This document shows positions 36,012-44,411 of a stretch of 44,899 bases of DNA, piece after piece. Numbering within the stretch: position 1 is the first letter of the stretch; each line of letters starts with the position of its first letter. The translations under genes were made by a program, and so were the position numbers. The DNA is from a virus (Duplodnaviria > Caudoviricetes), in IMG/VR virus record IMGVR_UViG_3300037423_001019, positions 1 through 44,899 of that record. One strand, written 5' to 3'. The notes below the pieces were generated by a model. That model had not been told where the DNA came from and did not search any database. It saw only the letters and a list, made by a program, of their open reading frames with translations.

Positions 36012-36458
36012 AGGCGGGAGAATCGGCGTCCACAGCTCCGGTGTCCCGCGGGGGTAGCACCGAAAGCTACCGAACTGAGCCTGCCATCCTCGCCCTTTCC
36101 GATAGCGCGTAGGGTACCATCCCCCGCAAAGCCTTTGCCGCTTCGATTGCCACCCAATTGTCATGTGCCGCCAGAAGGCCAGCACAAACTCGTCAATGGG
36201 AGGGGTAACGTGCGGCATGAAATAGGCGAGATGCGTTCCGGCAAAAGCCCCGGCAACCAATTCGGCCTTAGCGCGTCCATTCTTTCGCGCCTCCGTTTGG
36301 GCGATCTCTCGCACGCGCGGCGCAATGTGCGCGGGAATGTGCTCGCCATAGATCAGGCAATGCCCGTCAGGCACGCCGAGCCTGCGCAACTGGGCGCGCG
36401 ACAACGCCTCCTTCCGCTCACTGCTTAGCGGTCGGTACTGATAGCGCGGATCATTCAT
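35952..36458 (-). CDS. Hypothetical protein; C-terminus encoded by repeat F
   Basis: Start reassigned to MNDPRYQY. Confidence 0.6.
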   Translation of the reverse strand: MNDPRYQYRPLSSERKEALSRAQLRRLGVPDGHCLIYGEHIPAHIAPRVREIAQTEARKNGRAKAELVAGAFAGTHLAYFMPHVTPPIDEFVLAFWRHMTIGWQSKRQRLCGGWYPTRYRKGRGWQAQFGSFRCYPRGTPELWTPILPPRDSDTRPKDGDAQQGSTGE

Positions 36459-36559
36459 TGCGTACACGGCAGAATCCCTACGCCGGATCGAAGCGCGAAG
36501 CGCCAAGACACCGTAGAGTGGCTTGGCCCGCAGGGCGAGAGCCGGATAACGTCCATGAT

Positions 36560-37057
36560 CTATCCAGCATCCCGAGGATCGGTGATTGGTGAGCCGCCTT
36601 CGATAACGGCGAGAGCGCGGTGAAAGTCGCCAGCAACGATCTTTGAAAGCGACAAGTCCACCTGAGGATCGGTACAAAGGCCGACCTCCGTTTCGCTGGC
36701 GACACCGAGCCAGTTCTTAGCTTCCTCCGCGAACGGCTTCAGCGCCTCCCTGTAGCGCTCCAGCTCGATGGAGTTGGAGAGGAACTGTTCGAGCAAGTAT
36801 GGGGCAGCAGCGATCAACTGAGCGTTAGCCTCAACCTCGCAACGGTCGCCGTCACTGTGAACGATAGCGCTTGGCGGGAACATCGAATTGCGATCCGTCA
36901 GCATCGCGAAGGTCGTCTCAGGCTTGCCGAGCATATCGACGACATGCTTCCTGTTCTTGTCGCCGTTCCAGATACCGACTCTCCACGGCGCAGGCGTATG
37001 TCCTTTGCACCGCTCGATCAGCTCTTGTGCTGGGGTGTTGGGTGAGGCTGTGGTCAT
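36560..37057 (-). CDS. Hypothetical phage protein (HTPxPW / NAxLIAAAP family)
   Basis: Motifs shared with 44408-44845. Confidence 0.75.
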   Translation of the reverse strand: MTTASPNTPAQELIERCKGHTPAPWRVGIWNGDKNRKHVVDMLGKPETTFAMLTDRNSMFPPSAIVHSDGDRCEVEANAQLIAAAPYLLEQFLSNSIELERYREALKPFAEEAKNWLGVASETEVGLCTDPQVDLSLSKIVAGDFHRALAVIEGGSPITDPRDAG

Positions 37058-37671
37058 TGGGCGTCTCCAGCTTCGCTGACCGCGCTCTCGTCTTCGACGG
37101 AGCCTAAAGTCTCCGCCCTTCGGGCTTCGATCGCTGACGCGGAATCGTCGCCCAGCAGCCTTTCGCGTATCTCCCCCGGCGTCATCTTACTTAGATCAAC
37201 ACCGTGACCGCCTGACGCCGCCTTGGCTTCAAGGCGGTCTAACACAGCACCCTCCGGCACCGCCTCTCCATCGGAAGCGACCGGAGACACTTTTGGCAGG
37301 GCGCGGCTGTGACCGTAGAGCGCCATAGCCGCGATCCCGACTGCCTCACCCTCGTCGAGGCCGGTGATCTCCATCAGGGCGTTCAGATAGAGATTCTCCC
37401 TCGTCATAACGCGCTCAAGATCGTGCTGTATCGCGGCCAATTCGCTCTCTTCTGCGGCCAACGCCGCTTGGCGTCGGCATTTTGCTATAAATGGCAGCAG
37501 CACGCGCACGGCTTCGACGGCCTCTTCCGGTAGGCCGTCATCGCTCAGCAAATCGACGAGTTGGTATTCGATCGGTTTCGGGGGTGGCGCAGGCGGCGCG
37601 GGCGGATAATAGGCTTTTGGTGGGGGGCTGTAGTAATTGTTGCGCCGCCCGCTTCCCTTACCGCCCATCAT
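37054..37671 (-). CDS. Hypothetical protein; C-terminus encoded by repeat E
   Basis: AGGAGG RBS; ends SASAIEARRAETLGSVEDESAVSEAGDAQ. Confidence 0.7.
   Translation of the reverse strand: MMGGKGSGRRNNYYSPPPKAYYPPAPPAPPPKPIEYQLVDLLSDDGLPEEAVEAVRVLLPFIAKCRRQAALAAEESELAAIQHDLERVMTRENLYLNALMEITGLDEGEAVGIAAMALYGHSRALPKVSPVASDGEAVPEGAVLDRLEAKAASGGHGVDLSKMTPGEIRERLLGDDSASAIEARRAETLGSVEDESAVSEAGDAQ
37058..37142 (-). repeat. Dispersed hairpin element, copy E
   Basis: CCCGAAGGG, GGAGAC..GGCTCC, GTCGAAGAC, AGCGAAGCT, CGCCCA. Confidence 0.85.
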
Positions 37672-37770
37672 TGCCTCCTACGCTATCTAGAAATATCGAC
37701 CACGCATCGTTCGGTTCGTTTCCATGATGTCCCGCGAGCCATCCCGCCATGAAGGCAGCGCGCAACGCGT

Positions 37771-37859
37771 CCGCGTTAGGGACACTCACCCGAGAGGGCG
37801 GAGACGGTGCAACTCGACTCCGTTCATGAGTGTCCCGGTTTCGCGAAGCGAAGCGCCCA
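37771..37859 (+). repeat. Dispersed hairpin element, copy B
   Basis: GGGACACTCA/TGAGTGTCCC stem; ends CGCCCA. Confidence 0.85.
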
Positions 37860-37897
37860 TATCCTGTTCGTCACTCATTATCCGGTGCTCCCTTCGG

Positions 37898-38140
37898 TCA
37901 AGGTTGGCGCGACATTCCTGGCAATTGGCATGGGAAGCTCCCGTCGCAATCGGGGCACATGCGAAACGGCTCTGGCGCGCGAGGACATGTTGGCGGCTCG
38001 ATTTCCAAGCTGGCGAGCATCCTTATTGTGTCGGCACATTCGCGAAGAACCGAGCGCACCTTCGGATCAGGCTCGGCGCCTGTTCGCGCTTCCCATGTGT
38101 CGGCCAGTTCATTTGCTTGATATTTGCTAATCCCCGTCAT
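37898..38140 (-). CDS. Small Cys-rich hypothetical protein
   Basis: AAGGGAG RBS; CPDCDGSFPC. Confidence 0.65.
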   Translation of the reverse strand: MTGISKYQANELADTWEARTGAEPDPKVRSVLRECADTIRMLASLEIEPPTCPRAPEPFRMCPDCDGSFPCQLPGMSRQP

Positions 38141-38559
38141 TCAGGTGCTCCCTTCGGTGGTTCGGGTGAGGTGGTTAGAGCGGCGCGGGCGGTCCCGAGC
38201 GTTGCTGCGACGATGTCGCAGAGCCAATTTGGGATCGGTAGCCCGTCACGCTTAAGCTCGTCGTATTTCAGCCATGACGCTGGCGCTCCCGCCCTCGCAA
38301 CCCGCTCCACCATATCTCCTGAGACTGGCGGGGTGGCACGGAGCACTTCGAGCCAGCGCTTGAGTTGCCCGACCGATGGCCAGTACGGAGGCGCGTTTTC
38401 GTTGGCGAGCATGATATGCGTGTCTGGGGTCGTTTCCAGGCCCTCGTCATCCCGCTCGCGCGTCACCCACTTGAGCCAATATTCGATCACGTCGCCAATG
38501 GCCTGCAGCGAACGCTCGCGCTCATCCGCCTTCAGCTCTTCCGAAACACTGTCTGTCAC
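38137..38559 (-). CDS. Hypothetical protein
   Basis: GTGA coupling with upstream gene. Confidence 0.6.
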   Translation of the reverse strand: MTDSVSEELKADERERSLQAIGDVIEYWLKWVTRERDDEGLETTPDTHIMLANENAPPYWPSVGQLKRWLEVLRATPPVSGDMVERVARAGAPASWLKYDELKRDGLPIPNWLCDIVAATLGTARAALTTSPEPPKGAPE

Positions 38560-38810
38560 TGCTGTGATCCTGGATTGGGCGTCTCCCCGTTGGGGGCCGC
38601 GCGGGGTGAACAAGTCCAAGTCGTAGAGGTGTAAACAGCAACGTCGAACGTCAGCCCGCAGTCGTCGCAGGTCTCTTCCGTGTACCTAGCCTCGTCATAG
38701 TAAAAGGCTTCGTCAGCAGTGTATTGCAGGCCGCAGTATGGACATTTCGGCCCCTCGTACTCGTAGGTTTCCTCGGCCACGCCCCCACTCTCCCCACTAT
38801 TGGATATCAT
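38556..38810 (-). CDS. Zn-ribbon hypothetical protein
   Basis: CPYC..CDDC; GAGGA RBS. Confidence 0.7.
   Translation of the reverse strand: MISNSGESGGVAEETYEYEGPKCPYCGLQYTADEAFYYDEARYTEETCDDCGLTFDVAVYTSTTWTCSPRAAPNGETPNPGSQQ
38576..38602 (-). repeat. Partial (3' end) dispersed hairpin element, copy I
   Basis: GCGCGG-CCCCCAACGGGG-AGA-CGCCCA. Confidence 0.45.
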
Positions 38811-38841
38811 TGTCCTCTAGTCCTTTGCTGAAGGTAGGATC

Positions 38842-38930
38842 TGGGCGCAGCCCCTGACGGGACCGGGCTACTCGTGCTTCGCATGGAGCCGCTGCGCGTC
38901 TCCACCATTCGGCGAGTATCCCTTGCGCGG
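38842..38930 (-). repeat. Dispersed hairpin element, copy G (beside attP)
   Basis: GGG-A-TACTCG/CGAGTA-G-CCC stem; ends CGCCCA. Confidence 0.85.
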
Positions 38931-39020
38931 TTAGCACTCAGGCACATAAGCCCTTGAAAGATCACGTGCGGAACAGATGGGGAAACTAGCGAACTATCGC
39001 GGAAATCAGCCCGCGGAAGC

Positions 39021-39060
39021 GGATTTGCAGTCCTCTGCGTAACCACTCCGCCATCGGGCC
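39021..39060 (-). mobile_element. attP: attP core = 5' 40 nt of tRNA-Cys(GCA)
   Basis: GGCCCGATGGCGGAGTGGTTACGCAGAGGACTGCAAATCC; about 55 bp from the int stop; TTAGCAST arm-like repeats at 38931, 39064 and 39088. Confidence 0.85.
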
Positions 39061-39114
39061 GTTTTAGCACTGCCAATCCTGTGTGATTTAGCAGTTTCTC
39101 GGTTCGTTCACGGT

Positions 39115-40116
39115 TCATCCTCGTAGCTCCTGACGACGCATTGCGCCCTCCGAAGCCCGTCTCTGAGCCATGTAGCGGTGAGCCATCTGATAGGTGCGGT
39201 GCCCGAGAACCGCAACCGCTTCCGTAAGCGTGCATCCGGCTTCGTCCAGCCTGGCCGCCGCCGCATATCGCAGTCCGTGGATGCTCCGGTCGCGCGGGAA
39301 GCCGTCCATTCCCTCGATCTGCCGGCGAATGGCCTGGCTCAGCGAATTGGCAGTGAACGGTCGCCCTTTGGCGTTGCGAGCGATCGGTCCTCCGAACGCC
39401 GTCTTGATGGATGACAGGTGCGACCGCAGAACCTTGTGGCACGCAATGTCCAGCGGTTCGCCTGTCTTGGATTGCCGGACGCGAACGAATGCTCCCTGAT
39501 AATCAGCCCACGTCATCCGAACTACATCCTCGCGCCGCTGGCCGGTGCATAGGGCGAGCAGGACAGGCGTTTGGAGCCATGTCGGAGCTTCATTCAGGAA
39601 GCGGGCGATTTCCTCTTCAGACCACGGCGTGATCGCCTTCTGGCGCACCTTCAGCCGCCTGATCGATGCAGCGGGGTTGTGGCCGCCCTCGACCAATCCT
39701 TCTTCCTGAGCCCAGCTGTAGAGCCTGGAAACCATTTGCCGCAGCTTGTGTGCCTTTCGAGGGGTGGCGGCGTGGTCGTCGCGGACCTGCTTAATCATCC
39801 TGCTGGTGGTGAGCGCGAAAGGCTGCTCTCCAAGTTCTTGAACAATCAGATCCAGCGTCTTGTCGTAATCGAGGCGGGTGAGCGGCCGCAGGGCGTTGAA
39901 CTCGGCGCTCTTGCGGTAGCGAGAAATAAGCCACGCGAAGCTCTCGCGATCAGGCTCAGGCGCTTTCCGTTTGGAGTGCGCCAGCAGTTCGCCGTAGCGG
40001 GCGTGGAACGCAGGATCGCCCGGCCTGCCCGGCAGAGCGGCCTTCAACTCGCCGCGTCTGAAGCGCCAGTATTTGCCGCCGATGACATACGTGAAGGGAA
40101 GGCGTGTTTCAGTCAT
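39115..40116 (-). CDS. int: Tyrosine integrase
   Basis: TGQR, QSKTG, HGLR, LGH, HRY catalytic residues; start MTETRLP. Confidence 0.95.
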   Translation of the reverse strand: MTETRLPFTYVIGGKYWRFRRGELKAALPGRPGDPAFHARYGELLAHSKRKAPEPDRESFAWLISRYRKSAEFNALRPLTRLDYDKTLDLIVQELGEQPFALTTSRMIKQVRDDHAATPRKAHKLRQMVSRLYSWAQEEGLVEGGHNPAASIRRLKVRQKAITPWSEEEIARFLNEAPTWLQTPVLLALCTGQRREDVVRMTWADYQGAFVRVRQSKTGEPLDIACHKVLRSHLSSIKTAFGGPIARNAKGRPFTANSLSQAIRRQIEGMDGFPRDRSIHGLRYAAAARLDEAGCTLTEAVAVLGHRTYQMAHRYMAQRRASEGAMRRQELRG

Positions 40117-40567
40117 TTGGCGGCAACGGCAAAGGCATGTAGTGCGTCGGCACGAAGTCAATTTCGTCCTTGCCCCACATTTCGCTATCGCTCGACAGCT
40201 CGTCAGTGAACTCCCAATCAAACCACCACTGCGGGCGGTCATACTCTTCATATTTCCCGCCCATGAGTATCGGGCCATCATCCGTTAGCGTGTAGGTCGG
40301 AGGTTCGATCTGTTTGACGGGGCGTCCAACGCGATCGCTCACGGTCGCAACCGCTACCTCTTTCCCGTCTGTCACCAGCACCGTGGCATCGCGGCTATAC
40401 CCCTCCGCATAAGCCTTGAAGGGCATTGACTCGATGGGCCTCCAACTGCCCCCCTTGGCGCGGTCCTCGGCGACGACCTCCTCCAGCTTGCGCTCCTTTG
40501 CGCGACGCTCGGCGTACTCGCGCTCAGCCCTCGCCTTGGCTTCGGGCGACCTTAAATCCTGCATCAT
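40109..40567 (-). CDS. Hypothetical (WRPIES..PTHYMPLP, DUF551-like) between xis and int
   Basis: GAGGAGG RBS; recognisable motif. Confidence 0.7.
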   Translation of the reverse strand: MMQDLRSPEAKARAEREYAERRAKERKLEEVVAEDRAKGGSWRPIESMPFKAYAEGYSRDATVLVTDGKEVAVATVSDRVGRPVKQIEPPTYTLTDDGPILMGGKYEEYDRPQWWFDWEFTDELSSDSEMWGKDEIDFVPTHYMPLPLPPND

Positions 40568-40821
40568 GCTCGCCTCCTCTTCTCCAGAAACCGGCGCTCG
40601 ATCTCCGCCGCCTCCCGACGCTGTTCTAGCGCGGTCAGCGGTTGCCCGCCAAGCCGATCCGCCCATCTGTCCAGGTCAATCCGATCGTATAGCCGGCGCT
40701 TGCCGTAAGACTTCGGGGCTGGCCCGTTCTCGCGCAGCGTCGTCGCGCTCAGCCCGAGATAGGCGGAAGCGAGATCAACACCCATAAGGCGTGGCCAGTT
40801 GGGAAGGGCGGAGCGGTTCAT
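40564..40821 (-). CDS. xis: Excisionase-like winged HTH protein
   Basis: WPRLMGVDLASAYLGLSATTL..RRLYDRIDLDRWAD. Confidence 0.75.
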   Translation of the reverse strand: MNRSALPNWPRLMGVDLASAYLGLSATTLRENGPAPKSYGKRRLYDRIDLDRWADRLGGQPLTALEQRREAAEIERRFLEKRRRA

Positions 40822-41165
40822 CGAAGCTTCCGCAACGCCTCCATTAAGTGTTCGGCGGCATGGTATTGAGCAGAGTGGATGGTGCTCATAATTGAGCATT
40901 CGCGCGAAAGGGCCATATTCTCATCGGTGAACTCGCCACCGCGCAGAAGAGGGTCCATCAGAATGCCGTCACCACATGCTTCCATGTTTGTTTCGCCGTA
41001 GAGTTCGATAACCGCTAATGCGTCATCCAGCGCTTTGTGGTATCCGCGCCGATAGTCGCCATCTCCGCGCGAGGGATTGAAGCGGGAACCGGCGAGACTG
41101 CGCAGCAGGCTCGATCCGAAGGACGAAAGCCCGGTCCGAAGGACGCGCCCAATCACCTCCACCAC
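40818..41165 (-). CDS. Hypothetical protein; N-terminus encoded by repeat C (antisense)
   Basis: GAGGA RBS; ATGA coupling to xis. Confidence 0.6.
   Translation of the reverse strand: MVEVIGRVLRTGLSSFGSSLLRSLAGSRFNPSRGDGDYRRGYHKALDDALAVIELYGETNMEACGDGILMDPLLRGGEFTDENMALSRECSIMSTIHSAQYHAAEHLMEALRKLR
41065..41151 (+). repeat. Dispersed hairpin element, copy C
   Basis: CGAGAC..GGCTCG; two TCCGAAGGA hairpins; CGCCCA. Confidence 0.85.
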
Positions 41166-41365
41166 ATCCTCATTTTGTCTGCTAACGGCTTGGCAAATGC
41201 GCGCGTTGCTTGACTGGCTGGATCGTAATACGCCTCCGTCCAGAGGGCGCCGTAAACTTCGGACAGAAGCTGGCGAGCCTCATCGTCAACGGGCCGCTCG
41301 GTTGCGGGGATATAGCGTTCACGATCTATGAACACCGTAGAGTATTTGCGCACTTCGCCCGTCAT
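41153..41365 (-). CDS. Hypothetical protein
   Basis: ATGA coupling. Confidence 0.6.
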   Translation of the reverse strand: MTGEVRKYSTVFIDRERYIPATERPVDDEARQLLSEVYGALWTEAYYDPASQATRAFAKPLADKMRMWWR

Positions 41366-41520
41366 AGAACCACATCCCCTTCGCGCTTAATTGTTGGCTC
41401 GAAGCGTACCGGAGCGCGCAACGCGGGATTCCTCGTCCTCGCAATGAAATCACGGCTACCGAATACCCTCTCTGTTTCCTCTTCAGTAATGAGGTGGAGC
41501 TTTGTGGCGGTGCGTTTCAT
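41362..41520 (-). CDS. Hypothetical 52 aa
   Basis: GAGGG RBS; ATGA coupling. Confidence 0.5.
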   Translation of the reverse strand: MKRTATKLHLITEEETERVFGSRDFIARTRNPALRAPVRFEPTIKREGDVVL

Positions 41521-41527
41521 GCTGCCC

Positions 41528-41680
41528 TCACTCTGCGTTCAGCGTTCGCATGGCGGCGATGAATCCGAGCAGGCCGATTGGAATTGCTAGAAAGACGCTA
41601 TCCAGCTTGCCCGCGAGGAACGCGCACAGGCCATAAGCGACCCACAACGCCAGGGTCACATATTCTCGGTTTCTGTTCAT
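41528..41680 (-). CDS. Small two-TM membrane protein
   Basis: TAATG coupling to ninB. Confidence 0.6.
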   Translation of the reverse strand: MNRNREYVTLALWVAYGLCAFLAGKLDSVFLAIPIGLLGFIAAMRTLNAE

Positions 41681-42069
41681 TATGCTGCCCTCGCTTGATC
41701 TGACCAAACCACATTGTTTCTCCCGCCCCACTCGAACACGATATCAAGCAAGGCGCTGAACTGGGTTTTGCTGAGCTCCGACGTTCGCTGGCCCACGGGG
41801 AACATGCCGTTGCCGTCGAGCTCCGGCAGGAACCGTGTTTCATTCCTCAGCGCGTGAAGGAACCGCAGCTTCCACTCTTCCTTTGACCATTGCTCCGCGC
41901 CGGGAACCTGGAAGCGGATGTCATCAATGGCCGCATGGAGAATCTTGTTCTGCTCGTCGGTGCGGTTCGGTTCCCTTACCTCGCACACATAGCCGTCAGG
42001 AGCCTCGGAAATGAGGCGCTGGGCCTTTCCACGAGCATATGGCGAGGTAAGATAGACCTTTGCGCTCAT
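41680..42069 (-). CDS. ninB: NinB/Orf recombination mediator
   Basis: RTDEQNKILHA..DI..RTSELSKTQFSALLD..V.WSD. Confidence 0.85.
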   Translation of the reverse strand: MSAKVYLTSPYARGKAQRLISEAPDGYVCEVREPNRTDEQNKILHAAIDDIRFQVPGAEQWSKEEWKLRFLHALRNETRFLPELDGNGMFPVGQRTSELSKTQFSALLDIVFEWGGRNNVVWSDQARAA

Positions 42070-42401
42070 GCCAGCTCTCCCTTGTCGCCTTGCCACAGGA
42101 GCCAGTAGGCGGCCGCAACTTGCTGCGCGTCCTCACGGGTCAGGCCGATCGCCGACCAACCCTTGTCGGTATGGAGTTTATGATGCGCCGAGCAGAGCGG
42201 AATTGCGTTGTGATCGGCTGCCTTTGTCCCCATGCCCTTTGAAGCTGGGTCTGGCGTGTGCGCCGCCTCCATCTTGCCGCCGCAGAGGCCGTCTCCCGCC
42301 TTGTAGCACTCGCGCCCCCGCAGCCATTTGTGGTAGGCCGTAGCCACCTTCCACGCTGGGCGCGGTGCGTTACGCTTGCGAGGGCGAACGTCGATGCGCA
42401 T
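42066..42401 (-). CDS. HNHc-type nuclease (DUF968-like)
   Basis: WLRGREC..C..EAAH..GMGTKAAD..AIPLCSAHH. Confidence 0.75.
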   Translation of the reverse strand: MRIDVRPRKRNAPRPAWKVATAYHKWLRGRECYKAGDGLCGGKMEAAHTPDPASKGMGTKAADHNAIPLCSAHHKLHTDKGWSAIGLTREDAQQVAAAYWLLWQGDKGELA

Positions 42402-42655
42402 CAGCGATAGCGCGGATCGTCGTCGTCATAGGCGGGCGCCGGCTGCCGCTGCTGGCTCTGCTGCCGTGTCGGTTCCTGGCCCTTCGGATCGAATAGATTG
42501 GCCACCACGCGGCCCTCGCTGTCGGCGATCGGGAGCGCGTCGAACACCAGCTGAATGTTGCCGTTGTCGTTGAACCACGCGGTCCCGATGCGCGTCCAGA
42601 ACGTTTTCCCGTCCTTGCTCTGACGCGGCGTGCAAATATCTTTCCTGCTGCTCAT
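42401..42655 (-). CDS. Putative small ssDNA-binding protein
   Basis: KTFWTRIGTAW..FDALP; acidic tail; adjacent to erf. Confidence 0.6.
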   Translation of the reverse strand: MSSRKDICTPRQSKDGKTFWTRIGTAWFNDNGNIQLVFDALPIADSEGRVVANLFDPKGQEPTRQQSQQRQPAPAYDDDDPRYR

Positions 42656-43443
42656 TATGCGTTCTCCAGTTGCTCAAAGTCTCGGCGTTTGCGGGCGATC
42701 ACCGCCTCAAGACCCTCGAAGACTTCGCCAGTGTCTTTGCTCACCCCGCCGTCCCACCATGAGGGCAGCGCCTTCATGATCTGATTGACGAGCTGAACGT
42801 TGGTTTTGTCCACCAGCAGGCATTCGAGCTCGTCGCTGTCGCCGCACGCCTCGACATCGCGCCAGAACGCGCGGCCCATATCCTTGAGTACGGTGCGGTT
42901 CTTCGCCGGACCCTGCGGAAATGGATCGTCCTTGTGGGCTGCCAAATGCTCCTTGCGCCCGTTGCCGTTGGTTGCCGGCCGATAGTCAGCCCGATCGTCC
43001 TGCACCGTGTCAGGATCGTCGCCCGTCTCCAGCCCGAGCACCTTCAGCAAGGCATATTTGACGCCGTAGCTGATTGCCTTGCCGGGGCCCTTGTCCTGGG
43101 AATCCACGCCGTAGCCCATCGTCGCAACGTCGATGTAGTCGGTGCGATCGTCGATGTTCTCGAAGCGGACGGTGAACACGAGCTCGGTGCGGTTGCCGTT
43201 CTGCACCGGTTGGAAGTCGCGCGGGTAATAGACCACGCCATGCTTGTGGAGCAGCGGGCGAACCTTGGCAGTCACCGCGTCATGCGACACGATGGAATAG
43301 TTCATGCCCTGCTTCTTTTCCTTTTGCACATAGTCCACTTCGCCCATGACGGCGGCGATGCGCTGCGCGATGTTGCGCTTCGCGTCGATCTCATCCAGCG
43401 CGTCCTGGACAGTCGGCTCGCGTAACTTGGCTTGTGTCGCCAT
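42655..43443 (-). CDS. erf: ERF-family single-strand annealing protein
   Basis: GYGVDSQDKGPGKAISYGVKYALLKVLGLETGDDPD; GGAGG RBS. Confidence 0.9.
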   Translation of the reverse strand: MATQAKLREPTVQDALDEIDAKRNIAQRIAAVMGEVDYVQKEKKQGMNYSIVSHDAVTAKVRPLLHKHGVVYYPRDFQPVQNGNRTELVFTVRFENIDDRTDYIDVATMGYGVDSQDKGPGKAISYGVKYALLKVLGLETGDDPDTVQDDRADYRPATNGNGRKEHLAAHKDDPFPQGPAKNRTVLKDMGRAFWRDVEACGDSDELECLLVDKTNVQLVNQIMKALPSWWDGGVSKDTGEVFEGLEAVIARKRRDFEQLENA

Positions 43444-43658
43444 TATGCTGTCCTCCGGATTAGGGCGGGCAGGATGCCGCCGACGAGGGAGCACAAGAGC
43501 ACCCACGCCATAATCGAATACCCGTATGCGATCATCGCTCGGCCGAATTGCCAGTCCGCGAACATCCATCGGCCGGGCTGCGCGATGAAGGTGAACGCAA
43601 GCATCGAATGCAGGCCAATTTGGCTTCCGATGCCCACGCCTAGTCCAGACATTTTCAT
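43443..43658 (-). CDS. Small membrane protein
   Basis: Two hydrophobic segments; coupled on both sides. Confidence 0.6.
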   Translation of the reverse strand: MKMSGLGVGIGSQIGLHSMLAFTFIAQPGRWMFADWQFGRAMIAYGYSIMAWVLLCSLVGGILPALIRRTA

Positions 43659-43864
43659 GAATTGCTGGCGGGCCGCTTGTTAAGCTCGACACCCGCCCTC
43701 CCTGGATTGCGATAGTTGACACTCGCCCGAAGGGCCGAGACTACAGGCTCGGGCGAAGCCGAGTGGCGACGGTGCGCGTCAGCGCAATCGCCCAAAAGGC
43801 CGTCGATCACCGACAAAAAGTCCCGATCCCTTTTTATCTTCAACGCTCTTTCTGTTTCGGTCAT
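43655..43864 (-). CDS. Hypothetical; much of it encoded by repeat D (antisense)
   Basis: GGAG RBS; ATGA coupling. Confidence 0.5.
   Translation of the reverse strand: MTETERALKIKRDRDFLSVIDGLLGDCADAHRRHSASPEPVVSALRASVNYRNPGRAGVELNKRPASNS
43708..43794 (+). repeat. Dispersed hairpin element, copy D
   Basis: GTTG-A-CACTCG/CGAGTG-G-CGAC stem; ends CGCCCA. Confidence 0.85.
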
Positions 43865-44127
43865 GCTGCGTCTCCGCGTTGTGAAACGGCGTGACGCTCG
43901 TCAGCGCGCCGCAGGGCACAATCCAAGGCGAACAGCGTCACCTCGCCGTCCAAGCACGCCAAGCGCTCCAAATGCTGATAGATCGCGCTGACAGTGCCCC
44001 GGTGCAGCGGAATCATCTGCGTCCCATCTAGGCAGGAGAGCTCTCCGCCGAGCACTAGCGGCCTCAGTCGGTCGGCCAGCATTCCGGATGAAATGATAGC
44101 GTCCGTTTTGTCTCGCGAGCGCGTCAT
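43861..44127 (-). CDS. Hypothetical protein
   Basis: ATGA coupling; start MTRSRDK. Confidence 0.6.
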   Translation of the reverse strand: MTRSRDKTDAIISSGMLADRLRPLVLGGELSCLDGTQMIPLHRGTVSAIYQHLERLACLDGEVTLFALDCALRRADERHAVSQRGDAA

Positions 44128-44411
44128 GCCGCATCTCGTTTCAGGAACGGATCGCCACGGCACTCAGTCAGCTGATACTTCGCCGCAATCTCATCGAGCC
44201 TTTGCGTATAGCGAGCACGGCATTCATCATCGTGAGCCTTCTGCTCAGAATATCCACCGACACGCTTACGCATGGCTTCTTCGCATTCACGCCATGCCTG
44301 AGATCGTTCCCATGCTTCATCGCGGGACATGCGGGGTGGGCCGAACAGAGCATCGAGGAACTCTTTGCCCGTCATGCTGTCCGCAGGAGCGGTTATGAGG
44401 CGATCGCTCAT
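44124..44411 (-). CDS. Hypothetical protein
   Basis: GGAGA RBS; ATGA coupling. Confidence 0.7.
   Translation of the reverse strand: MSDRLITAPADSMTGKEFLDALFGPPRMSRDEAWERSQAWRECEEAMRKRVGGYSEQKAHDDECRARYTQRLDEIAAKYQLTECRGDPFLKRDAA

Noticed and set aside
37240-37290. Possible degenerate extra copy of the hairpin element
   Set aside because: It lacks the CGCCCA end and basal stem; too weak to call.
39021-39060. Functional phage tRNA-Cys gene
   Set aside because: Only the 5' 40 nt are present; the T-arm and 3' acceptor strand are missing.
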